Sequence record: MN445185.1
Reading direction: 5' to 3' (one strand)
DNA: 64,000 bases
In this document: piece after piece, positions 34,795-43,653 of the stretch
Layout: each line of letters starts with the position of its first letter
How positions within the stretch are numbered: the stretch's first letter is position 1
Position numbers and translations under genes: made by a program
Notes under the pieces: generated by a model
Told to the model about the DNA's origin: nothing
Seen by the model: the letters and a program-made list of their open reading frames with translations, nothing else
The model's database searches: none

Positions 34795-37539
34795 ATGGTA
34801 GAAATTCAAATGACTTACACGAGTATGGGGGTACGGGTTGAAGTCCCTATCCGCCAGGCTGAAAGGGCCATACTCGCGTGGGCCGAAGAGAATATGCACG
34901 CCCCAAAGATGGGCAAGCAACATGGACGAATAACTACGGAACGCGGTGACGCGTACTACGCCCACATTCCGTCTTTAAGGACGTTCATTTTCCATAAAGT
35001 GTTCGCTGAGAAGATTAAACATATCCTCCAACGAGCAGCAATTGAATATGCTTTTCAGTACAAGCTTACAGAGCACCATCCTGAGCGAGGAACACCTTAC
35101 TGCTGTACATTTGATAACTACGGCTTCTCGATGGTAGAAAGCGATCCGGAGTCGCGTTTCTACTATCAGAACGAGGTTGTGGATGCAGCGTCCGATCCAA
35201 ACCGACCACAGACAATCTTTGCCATTCAGACAGGGAGAGGAAAATGCTGTGCTCATGGTACGCGTGTGCGTGTACCGGGTGGTTGGAAGAACATTGAGGA
35301 TATACAGCTAGGTGATTACGTTACGGGGCGTGACGGAAAACCAGCAATGGTCTCTGGAGTGTTCCCACAGGGTGTGGTTGACCTGTATCAGGTGACGTTT
35401 TGGGATGGTAGGAGTGTTGACGTATGTGGCGAGCACTTGTGGCAAAGCTACTACGTTAATACCACCGAGAATCGTCGCTGGGGTGTACGTGATACCCTAG
35501 AGATGAAACGTTTAATTTCGATGCCTAATCCACGGGTATACATCCCATTACCAGAACCAGAGGAAATGCCAGCTAAGGATTTTGTCATTCATCCGTATTT
35601 ACTCGGTATCCTCTTGGGTGATGGCTCCCTATCGATGCCTGGTGTTTTATACACCAAAGGCGATGTGGAGATTCGTGACCGTGTTGCTGAGGTCATGCCC
35701 GCTGGACATGCAATCCATGATTCATCGTACAGCGATGGGATAACGAAGTGCATCTCTTGTCCCGGCGGTGTTAACCTTGTCCGCAGAGAGCTTGAGCGGT
35801 TAGGGTTAATTGGCTGCAGGTCTTGGGAAAAGTTCATACCTGGAGATTACTTCGAAACGTCCATCGAACAACGGTGGGAGTTGTTGCGTGGCTTGATGGA
35901 TACTGACGGTACTGTGGATAAGGATGGTGGTACGCCTTCTTTCTGTTCCACCAGTAAAGAATTGGCTTTAGGTGTTCAGGAACTTGTGCGGTCTTTAGGA
36001 GGGATTGCAACACTACGCGAGAAACGTCCGTTCTTCACACACAACGGCGAACGTCGTGAAGGTCGTTTGGCTTATAACGTCTCCATCCGCCACAAAACAC
36101 CATCGAAACTGTTCCACCTTCCAAGGAAGAAAGAACTGTGTCGTGATAACGGACAATACACCGATATACTGAAACTCCGTGTTAAGTCTATCGAACCCAT
36201 TGGTCGTGATCTTGCCACGTGTATTCGTGTCGAGAACGACGATGCGTTGTTTGTGGTGGACAAGTGGATCGTTACGCACAACACCAAGACCTGTATGAAG
36301 TCGATGGTTAAACGGGGAACCCGTACCGCATTGATTCACCGTCCGTCGTACGTTCCCAAATGGCTGTTTGACGTCTGTGATGATGAAACAGGACTTCGTA
36401 TACTTCGTGACGAGGTGTTAGTTTGTACAGGCGTACAGGCGATTTACGACGCGCTGGAGATGGGTAAGTCGGGAGAGCTAGATAGTCGTGGTATTAAGGT
36501 AATAATCCTCCCCACGGTCTCTCTACAGCGTTTCCTGAAGGAGTACATTAACACTGCTGCGACTAACCCTGTGGACCTGGATACGTTTTATGATGTTCTG
36601 GGTGTGGGTCTGGTGGCGATGGATGAGGTGCACGAGCATTTTCACCTCGTTTACATGGCTGGTATAATGTTGAACCCTCCGGCATCGATAGAGATGTCTG
36701 CAACCCTTAAGCCGGGTAGCAGTAAAGCCTTTATCGCGGAGCGGTATTTAGAACGTTTCCCAATGGAGTACCGAATCAGTATTCCAATCATTCCGGTGGT
36801 TGACGTGAAGGCGTTGTACTATCGACTGGATGATAAGAAGTTTGCGTGGTGGGCGTCGAAGATGACGCCGTATAACCACAAGCTCTTCGAAGGGAAGCTG
36901 ATTAAAGAGAACTTGCATTTAGAATACGCGAACATGATCTGGGATGTGGTTGAGAAATCGTTCCTTAAACGGTATCAACCTGGCCAAAAATGTTTGATAC
37001 TCTTTGCTACGGTAGCGATGTGTGAGTTCTTTACCGAGTATGTGAAAGATAAGTTATCGCGTGACCCTGTATTCCATCCGTTGATGGTGGCGAAATATAA
37101 TGCAGGCGATTCGTATGACGACTTTATCCAAGCAGACTTCTCTATCTCCACACCGGGGAAAGCGGGGACTGCGGTCGATAAACCTGGGTTGGTACACATG
37201 TACATTTCAACCCCGGTAGAAGACCAGCAACTGAACGAACAGATGGCCGGTCGTCCACGTAAGATTCTCCACAACGAATGGGGTGAAATAGACCCAACGG
37301 TGTGGTTATTCCATGCGTATAACGTACCGAAGCATTGCAATTACCTGAATGCCCGCCAGAAATCACTCAAGGATGTCGTATTGTCGTTCCGTATCGCGAC
37401 ATCCCCCTACGTTGTAAGGAAATCACATGCTCACTCCGCCGCGTCCAGCAGAGCCGCTGCCACCCTACATCGGAATGACTTTAGCAAGTTTTCTCGAAAA
37501 CGTTCTAAAGGCGTATCCCGGCGTAGAAGACGTCGCTAA
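34795..37539 (+). CDS. SF2 (DExH) helicase, phiKZ gp75-like, containing an intein
   Basis: Walker A TGRGK|T after splicing; MDEVHEH; SATL; QMAGRPR; start at ATG 34795. Confidence 0.92.
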   Translation: MVEIQMTYTSMGVRVEVPIRQAERAILAWAEENMHAPKMGKQHGRITTERGDAYYAHIPSLRTFIFHKVFAEKIKHILQRAAIEYAFQYKLTEHHPERGTPYCCTFDNYGFSMVESDPESRFYYQNEVVDAASDPNRPQTIFAIQTGRGKCCAHGTRVRVPGGWKNIEDIQLGDYVTGRDGKPAMVSGVFPQGVVDLYQVTFWDGRSVDVCGEHLWQSYYVNTTENRRWGVRDTLEMKRLISMPNPRVYIPLPEPEEMPAKDFVIHPYLLGILLGDGSLSMPGVLYTKGDVEIRDRVAEVMPAGHAIHDSSYSDGITKCISCPGGVNLVRRELERLGLIGCRSWEKFIPGDYFETSIEQRWELLRGLMDTDGTVDKDGGTPSFCSTSKELALGVQELVRSLGGIATLREKRPFFTHNGERREGRLAYNVSIRHKTPSKLFHLPRKKELCRDNGQYTDILKLRVKSIEPIGRDLATCIRVENDDALFVVDKWIVTHNTKTCMKSMVKRGTRTALIHRPSYVPKWLFDVCDDETGLRILRDEVLVCTGVQAIYDALEMGKSGELDSRGIKVIILPTVSLQRFLKEYINTAATNPVDLDTFYDVLGVGLVAMDEVHEHFHLVYMAGIMLNPPASIEMSATLKPGSSKAFIAERYLERFPMEYRISIPIIPVVDVKALYYRLDDKKFAWWASKMTPYNHKLFEGKLIKENLHLEYANMIWDVVEKSFLKRYQPGQKCLILFATVAMCEFFTEYVKDKLSRDPVFHPLMVAKYNAGDSYDDFIQADFSISTPGKAGTAVDKPGLVHMYISTPVEDQQLNEQMAGRPRKILHNEWGEIDPTVWLFHAYNVPKHCNYLNARQKSLKDVVLSFRIATSPYVVRKSHAHSAASSRAAATLHRNDFSKFSRKRSKGVSRRRRRR
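35245..36282 (+). mobile_element. Intein (346 aa) with LAGLIDADG homing endonuclease
   Basis: Begins CCAHGTRV; block B DVCGEHLW; LAGLIDADG-type YLLGILLGDG and LLRGLMDTDG; ends VTHN with Thr at +1. Confidence 0.95.
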
Positions 37540-37810
37540 GAAACTCTGCACCGACGCCACTATCAACCAAGCGTTTCATTACTACATGGTCACTGAACAT
37601 TACAGTGGCCTGTTCCTTAACCAACGCGGGTTGACGTATTACGTCACCCGCACGTCAAGTATCCGTAACACTTCGTCGTACGAGCTTTATACGTACGTGT
37701 TGTGGAATGAGAACCCGGCCGGTAGTGTCGATCAGAATCCAAAGATGGCTTATCGTCTTTACTCTGAAAAATGGCACGATTGGGTGACTGTTCCACACGA
37801 TGCAAGTTAA
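37427..37810 (+). CDS. Hypothetical protein, possibly virion
   Basis: 127 aa, SD TAAGGA; overlaps the helicase 3' end by 113 nt. Confidence 0.75.
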   Translation: MLTPPRPAEPLPPYIGMTLASFLENVLKAYPGVEDVAKKLCTDATINQAFHYYMVTEHYSGLFLNQRGLTYYVTRTSSIRNTSSYELYTYVLWNENPAGSVDQNPKMAYRLYSEKWHDWVTVPHDAS

Positions 37811-37870
37811 TCACGTTTTGGGTGTATATTGTGTATACACCCAACCCCTAATTTCAAAAGGATTATTACG

Positions 37871-38491
37871 ATGAGTCGTCGCAAAAAGAAACCCGCTTAT
37901 AACCCACGTAAAGACGCCCGCGATTTCGTCAAGGCGATGATGCAGTCTGTGTTGAAAAAACAAGCTGTGTTTATCGAAAGTACCGAATTCCTGTCAGGCA
38001 GAATTGATCGGGAGCGTGAAGTAACTGAAGCCATTACGCACGAAGAGCTGAAAGCCTTTACGTTGAAAGCGCTGGATGAAGCACAGGCGGCTTTCCTTGG
38101 CATGTGTCAGCAAGGCAAAGAGCTGTTCGGTAAACTGATTGTTGAGGCAGATGCTAAGGCTGTGCCGGTGTTTGACATGCTGAACGATAACAGCAAAACG
38201 TGGAAAGAAATCAAAGACCAGTTCCACGTCGACCACACCGAACTGTCCCTGATTGACCAGCGGGCAAACATGCTTGCGATGGATATTCAGGGCACCAGTA
38301 TCGAAATCTTCTCCACGTATAACGCGAAAGTGAAGTTCGTGAAGCAGGCGCTGAATAACGGGCATACCGTGGAACAAGCCGAAGTTCTGTTGGCTGAAGC
38401 TCTGGCTAATAATTCGAAGGAACTCCCTAAAAACGCCATCGTCGATCACAACGACGTTGTAGTAGAAACCGAGGAAGCGGCACATGTCTGA
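37871..38491 (+). CDS. Conserved hypothetical protein with basic N terminus
   Basis: ATG 37871 after AAGGA; host-like codon bias. Confidence 0.85.
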   Translation: MSRRKKKPAYNPRKDARDFVKAMMQSVLKKQAVFIESTEFLSGRIDREREVTEAITHEELKAFTLKALDEAQAAFLGMCQQGKELFGKLIVEADAKAVPVFDMLNDNSKTWKEIKDQFHVDHTELSLIDQRANMLAMDIQGTSIEIFSTYNAKVKFVKQALNNGHTVEQAEVLLAEALANNSKELPKNAIVDHNDVVVETEEAAHV

Positions 38492-40454
38492 GATCCAAGA
38501 TCAGCGTCCGGGTAATGCCCGTCGCCCTAATCCCGACCAGCCAGCCCCTGTGGCGGCTGCTACCCAACAAGAGATGATTCTTCCGACCGTGCCTGATGAC
38601 GCGACCTCGGATGCAATCATCATGGCTATTAAACAAGCCAATCCCGATTTTTCTTTTGCCCGTGCAGAAGAAGTTTATCACCAACACTATCATCGTCCGG
38701 AGCCTAAGCTTGAGCGTCCGACGTTTGTAGAAGAGGCGTTGCCTGAACCTGCTGCACCTGTACCACCGGCACCTCAGACTTTTGCTGAACAGGTGCAGGA
38801 GCACCTACATCGTGCCCCGGAACCGGTAGTAGAGAAAGCGCCTACGGTAGAACCTGCTCCGCAGCCAAAAGCTCCGGAAGCGGTTGCACCGGCACAGCCG
38901 GCTGTAAAAGAAATGGAAGATGCAGCACCGAAGGTTCCGGAACAACAACAGATGCGTGAGATTGACTTCGGTAATACCCATTTAGCTGAAACCGCCGAAA
39001 TGGGTGAAGATGAAGCCGATCGTATTCTGACACAGTCGAAGATGTTGATTGGTCTGAAACAAGACCCTAACATCATTGCAGACTCCCTGCAAAAGTTCCT
39101 CGGTAATATTAAACGTTCACCGAAAGACGGCCGGCTGCTATTCGAAAGCCCTGAACAGCAACAGGTTTACGACGACATCTATCGTGCTTTGAACATGACC
39201 CCGCCACGTCTACAGGACGGCGTACCGGCATTCGCGGGTGCACTGGACCGTGGTGATACCGCTTGGGAACAGCGTGTGATGTTGCCGGACGGCAAGGCAT
39301 CTGGTGCTATTGCACCGCGTGACAATATGCACACTGGCGCGCTGGCTGCCTTACGTCGTGTACGTAAGTCGGGTATTCCGAACATGGTTTGGTTGCCGGC
39401 CACAGGTATCTACGTGGGCTTCCGCGCACCGCACGAACGTGACCTTTGTGACTTCGACATGCGTCTAACGCTGGAAACTGCGACCATCGGTATGCAGACC
39501 TACGGATTGATGCTGTCGTCGTCTTCTGGCGTGTACATGCGCCACATGGTTGAATTCGCACTTCAGTTTGTTACCGAAGCAACCATCGATTGTGCGGGTA
39601 ACGATCTGCGTACGGTGCTGTTGGATACCATTGATCTGGCTGACTACTGGCTGGTTATTCTGGGTCCGTTGCAGGCGAAGTGGCCGTCTGGTATTCCATG
39701 GACGCTGATGTGTGGCGAAGACGGTTGCAACCAGCAGGAAGATGTGAAGCTGAACATCGCGCGTTGTATCCGTTTCGGTTCCGGACTGTTTAGCGACCTG
39801 CAGAAACAACTGTGGGCACGTCAACGCGGTACTGAGCGTCCAGTGATTTCTATTGCAGAACAGCGCGAATATATCGCGGCGCATCAGGTTGATCCGTCCT
39901 CGGTATTTGAATACCACGACGTGCGTGTTGAATTTGGCCGTTCCACCCTGGGTAGCTTCTTTGACTCCACCGAGAAGTGGATTGAAGACGTTAACGCGTC
40001 AACTACGGCAGCGCTGTCTGAATTTGCTACCGAGCGTGAACGTGAATCCCATATGCGTTTAACTGCGGAAGCCCGTCGCTTAACGCGTTACGCTCACATG
40101 GTGAAGTCTATCACTGTTAATGAGCAACGTGAAGTAAACGGTGAAATGCAGGTTATCCCACAAACTGAAACCGACACAGCGAAAATCGTTGAGATGCTGG
40201 AAGAGCTGTCTTCCGACCGTATCTACGTTGGTCAGTTTGAAAACGCGATTGCTGAATACAACGAACGTACACGTTTAGCGGTATTCGGTTACATGGGTAA
40301 ACGCTGCCCGGCGTGTGGTAAAACACACGGCGAGAAAGACGGTCTGTATCGCGGTATTGTTACCATCAGTCCGGACAGGGTTTTTTTCGTGCTCTCTCGA
40401 GTGGTGTCCGAGATTCAGAAATTCTTGCTGGATCAATACGCCGATATTGGCTAG
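38484..40454 (+). CDS. Putative tail/baseplate assembly chaperone (G-like)
   Basis: 656 aa; P/A/E-rich N terminus; CGEDGC and CPACG Zn motifs; slippery site near 3' end. Confidence 0.6.
   Translation: MSEIQDQRPGNARRPNPDQPAPVAAATQQEMILPTVPDDATSDAIIMAIKQANPDFSFARAEEVYHQHYHRPEPKLERPTFVEEALPEPAAPVPPAPQTFAEQVQEHLHRAPEPVVEKAPTVEPAPQPKAPEAVAPAQPAVKEMEDAAPKVPEQQQMREIDFGNTHLAETAEMGEDEADRILTQSKMLIGLKQDPNIIADSLQKFLGNIKRSPKDGRLLFESPEQQQVYDDIYRALNMTPPRLQDGVPAFAGALDRGDTAWEQRVMLPDGKASGAIAPRDNMHTGALAALRRVRKSGIPNMVWLPATGIYVGFRAPHERDLCDFDMRLTLETATIGMQTYGLMLSSSSGVYMRHMVEFALQFVTEATIDCAGNDLRTVLLDTIDLADYWLVILGPLQAKWPSGIPWTLMCGEDGCNQQEDVKLNIARCIRFGSGLFSDLQKQLWARQRGTERPVISIAEQREYIAAHQVDPSSVFEYHDVRVEFGRSTLGSFFDSTEKWIEDVNASTTAALSEFATERERESHMRLTAEARRLTRYAHMVKSITVNEQREVNGEMQVIPQTETDTAKIVEMLEELSSDRIYVGQFENAIAEYNERTRLAVFGYMGKRCPACGKTHGEKDGLYRGIVTISPDRVFFVLSRVVSEIQKFLLDQYADIG
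40382..40413 (+). other. Predicted -1 ribosomal frameshift signal
   Basis: In-frame heptamer T TTT TTC (40382-88); 6-nt spacer; hairpin TCTCG(40395-99)/CGAGA(40409-13); -1 frame open into 40499-40870. Confidence 0.65.
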
Positions 40455-40870
40455 ACCAGGAAGACGTTCCGTCCGAGCAAATCATTACAACGCTCAAGAT
40501 GGATACCACCTCTCTCTTCAAGCAGCGTAGCACACGTCCTATTACGTATCAGGAAGCCCATAACGAGCTTCTGGAAGCGTATGACCGTACACTGGCTCTT
40601 AATACCGGCGACCATCAGGTAGGGTTGTCGGATTTTGAAAACCCGGTATACGGTAGTCTTTACGATATCTGGTACGCCACTTACTTACGTGAAGAGGTCG
40701 GTGAAAACTACCGGATGTCGATAGACGAGTTCCTCGACCGTCCCCGCTGGCAGATACTGCTGATGCTCGACAATATCCGTCGTCGCAAAGCGATTATCGC
40801 CAAAGCCGGCGAACAGGTGGCAGGTGAACGTGCGCTAAAGGAGCTGGAGAAAGATCTGACGGGACATTAA
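40388..40870 (+). CDS. T-like extension, predicted to be read as a ~795-aa fusion with 38484 (ORF-track start 40499)
   Basis: No SD before ATG 40499; no stop between 40388 and 40499; YRMSIDEFLDRPRWQILLML resembles gp51/GT-type chaperone tails. Confidence 0.65.
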   Translation, partial: RALSSGVRDSEILAGSIRRYWLDQEDVPSEQIITTLKMDTTSLFKQRSTRPITYQEAHNELLEAYDRTLALNTGDHQVGLSDFENPVYGSLYDIWYATYLREEVGENYRMSIDEFLDRPRWQILLMLDNIRRRKAIIAKAGEQVAGERALKELEKDLTGH

Positions 40871-40878
40871 TAGAAATT

Positions 40879-40907
40879 CGGGGCTTCGGCCCCGTTTTCT
40901 TTTTTTT
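40879..40907 (+). terminator. Intrinsic terminator
   Basis: CGGGGC-TTCG-GCCCCG followed by T tract. Confidence 0.9.
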
Positions 40908-40950
40908 ATTCGCCTTGGTATGAATGCCCTTTTCACTATGGAACAGAGCC

Positions 40951-41808
40951 ATGATTGATATTTATACCGACTATGCGGCTGTATTGACAGTCAACCGTCA
41001 CGAAGGTCGTGCAGCACCGATGCTAGATTTAGTGACGCTCGGTATGGATTACGGTTACGATGTGGCGTTATCCGATGTTTATAGCAACCCGTTGTCTGAC
41101 CCCGCGGACGAAACTGTCCGTCTGGAATCCATTATCGTGAAGGTAGCGGTTGGATTAGGCAACCGCCTCGGTATCGGACTTAATCCACAAATCGTCTTCC
41201 AGAAACCGAAAGAAACCGTACGTATCCTTCACGGTGTGTTGGAAGCCTTCGAGGAGTTCGAAGACAGTGATGCCCTTTACGGGATTGTCTCCTCTGGTGA
41301 GACACCAGAGTATATCCTGGAGAACATGTGTCGTTATGTTTACGGTGACGAAAACCTGCACTTCGAAGACCTGATTACTGTTGTCAGCCCACGCGTGCTT
41401 ACCGTGATGGAGAACTTCTTAGCAGCAGAGTCGTTGGAAAGCCAGAAACGAAACGGCGACGACGAGCGTCAACAGCGTATCGTCGCTTACTTGCGGTTGT
41501 TCCCTGAGAACCCGTCAGCGTTTGTCTTTATGAATCTGCCTGCTGAGCCAGACTTAACGGTGGTGCAGCAGTCGTTAGAGTTTCGCGTAGAGGACATTAG
41601 CGAAATTGATTTGCTGACGATGTATGCGGTGGGCTTATCGATTATTCCTCATGCGGAGTTTGATGGGGCTTACGGTGACTTAGAAAAGAACCTTGCCCTG
41701 TTGAACGTCGACAACGTCCCGCCTGGAGAAATCTTGCGGAAAGGATTGGAAGCGTTGAAAGTCATATACGCTAGTGGGGACGCGGAGGTAGATGATGAAC
41801 AAGATTGA
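40951..41808 (+). CDS. Probable virion protein (SPN3US gp41 position); alternative start 40924
   Basis: Long ORF; TATG at 40919-22. Confidence 0.8.
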   Translation: MIDIYTDYAAVLTVNRHEGRAAPMLDLVTLGMDYGYDVALSDVYSNPLSDPADETVRLESIIVKVAVGLGNRLGIGLNPQIVFQKPKETVRILHGVLEAFEEFEDSDALYGIVSSGETPEYILENMCRYVYGDENLHFEDLITVVSPRVLTVMENFLAAESLESQKRNGDDERQQRIVAYLRLFPENPSAFVFMNLPAEPDLTVVQQSLEFRVEDISEIDLLTMYAVGLSIIPHAEFDGAYGDLEKNLALLNVDNVPPGEILRKGLEALKVIYASGDAEVDDEQD

Positions 41809-43090
41809 CTATCTGGTCGCTGCGTGTAAAGCAGAAGCTTGGCGTAGACTGGTGTGGCGTATTGCGGTTTTCAACGTGGCAATCTTTAATGAAAAAGGTG
41901 AGCCACCTGAGCAATACGACCTGAACTATATTGACGGCTTGCCCCACTACTGGGAAAACGAAGAAATTAAATGGGTGCCGATTGAAGGGTGCAAAAAAGA
42001 TGAAGAGCTGTTCGTGCCAGAAGAGCAGTTTGAATTGCGTCCTGAGATGTACCCAGGTTTAGCTGGTCCCATTCCGACTACCGTGGGTCGCTATGTCTTT
42101 AACTGGATTGCTATCTATTACGCTTTCGGTACCCGTCTCCCGTATCTGGCAGAGTCTCGTGACCCACTAGCCTACCGTAAAGAGATGTATGAGCGTTGTG
42201 TGGAATATGATGACAGCGATCCAGACAACGAAGACGCGATTCGACCGTACATGATAGGACGCTTTGTAGGGGGTCTACACGAGCTTGCTCCGTTGTGTCG
42301 TGGGATTGCCCCAACAGGAACTATTAGAAGCCTTACAACGCATCCTGACGCGTATAAGGTACGAGATGCGTTGCTGTTGAAGCACAAAGACGAACTGGAT
42401 AACCCTGCGGTTATCGTTATGATTGAAAAAGCTCTCGATGAACTTGATAAAGAGTGGTTGAGTGGCGACCAGTCCGTTGAGTTCTACAGCTCTCCTAAAG
42501 CGCGTATGCGTCGCCGTAAGCTGATGCTGATGTACGGTATTCAGACCGCTTTTAAAGAAGGTGCAGATTTTACCTTAATCCCAACGAGCCTGATGGAAGT
42601 TGATCAGACCGGGATGAAGTATCTGGTAGAGAAATTCAATGATACGCGAGAAGGTTCCTTCATGCGTGGTGCAGAAACTGCCAAGGGCGGGGAGCAAGTA
42701 CGTATCATCCAGATGATCTTCCAGAACCACAAAATCGTGCCTGGTGATTGCGGGACAAAACTGACACATGCAGTTGTAATTAACCAGTATAACTACAAGC
42801 GTTATGTTGGCATGAACGCGATGGTTAACGGTAAAGTTACCCAACTCACCGAAGAGTATTTGAAAACGCAATTTGGTAAAGTTGTTCGACTCCGCCGACC
42901 CATCTTATGTCAGCAAGGTCACGTAGACTGTTGTGCGGCGTGCTCCTCTGCACACAAAGCAGAAGAGCCACGGGCAATCGCTGCGGATATCTCTTCCGGC
43001 TTCTCGAACGTTATGACCACTGCAATGGGTGCGATGCACGGTCGTGAAACCGTGGTTAAAGAGTACATCCCTAAATTCCACATCACCTAA
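41792..43090 (+). CDS. Virion RNAP beta' subunit (phiKZ gp80-like)
   Basis: VPGDCGT, LRRPILC...CCAACS Zn site, and TTAMGAMH trigger-loop-like segment. Confidence 0.85.
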   Translation: MMNKIDYLVAACKAEAWRRLVWRIAVFNVAIFNEKGEPPEQYDLNYIDGLPHYWENEEIKWVPIEGCKKDEELFVPEEQFELRPEMYPGLAGPIPTTVGRYVFNWIAIYYAFGTRLPYLAESRDPLAYRKEMYERCVEYDDSDPDNEDAIRPYMIGRFVGGLHELAPLCRGIAPTGTIRSLTTHPDAYKVRDALLLKHKDELDNPAVIVMIEKALDELDKEWLSGDQSVEFYSSPKARMRRRKLMLMYGIQTAFKEGADFTLIPTSLMEVDQTGMKYLVEKFNDTREGSFMRGAETAKGGEQVRIIQMIFQNHKIVPGDCGTKLTHAVVINQYNYKRYVGMNAMVNGKVTQLTEEYLKTQFGKVVRLRRPILCQQGHVDCCAACSSAHKAEEPRAIAADISSGFSNVMTTAMGAMHGRETVVKEYIPKFHIT

Positions 43091-43103
43091 GGATTGTTTC
43101 CTC

Positions 43104-43604
43104 ATGACTAAGAAAGACACTACTACCCTTGACCCGCGTACAGAAGGCGTGGTCCGTGATAGCGCTTCTTACAGCAACGACGACCAATATCGTGTTAAAC
43201 TGATCACCACGATGCTCGATGAAGCAGGTAACAATGCCGGTCCACGCAAAGCATCTGGTACCCAGGCTGAGAAAGATGCGTATAATAAGCTGCATCACTC
43301 TTTCCGTGAGCTGTTTAAACTGCGCGGTCAGGCCTTCCTGGACGGTTTCTACGCCTTCGTAGAAGCGGCTAATAAGCATCGTAACGGTATTTTCTACGCA
43401 CCGGCTGCTAATAACCGTATCAGTGAGAACTTCCCGAATCGCGACGAGCGTGAAGTCTTCGTTATCTTTATTAACATGCTGATTCGTTACGCACGTTGCG
43501 CCGACAAAGGCCGTTTCCGTGATACCAACGATGTTGACCGTCTGGCTCGTCGCTTGAACGACCCGGACCTGCGTTCGCTGGTTATGCACGCCTTTGGCGG
43601 TTAA
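43104..43604 (+). CDS. Conserved hypothetical protein
   Basis: ATG 43104 after TAAGGA; strong codon bias. Confidence 0.85.
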   Translation: MTKKDTTTLDPRTEGVVRDSASYSNDDQYRVKLITTMLDEAGNNAGPRKASGTQAEKDAYNKLHHSFRELFKLRGQAFLDGFYAFVEAANKHRNGIFYAPAANNRISENFPNRDEREVFVIFINMLIRYARCADKGRFRDTNDVDRLARRLNDPDLRSLVMHAFGG

Positions 43605-43653
43605 ATAAAAGTACCTCTCTACCCTAGGGTAGAGAGGCCTTTCTTTTTTTGTT
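43605..43653. terminator. Bidirectional terminator
   Basis: CCTCTCTACC/GGTAGAGAGG stem with A and T tracts between convergent genes. Confidence 0.85.
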
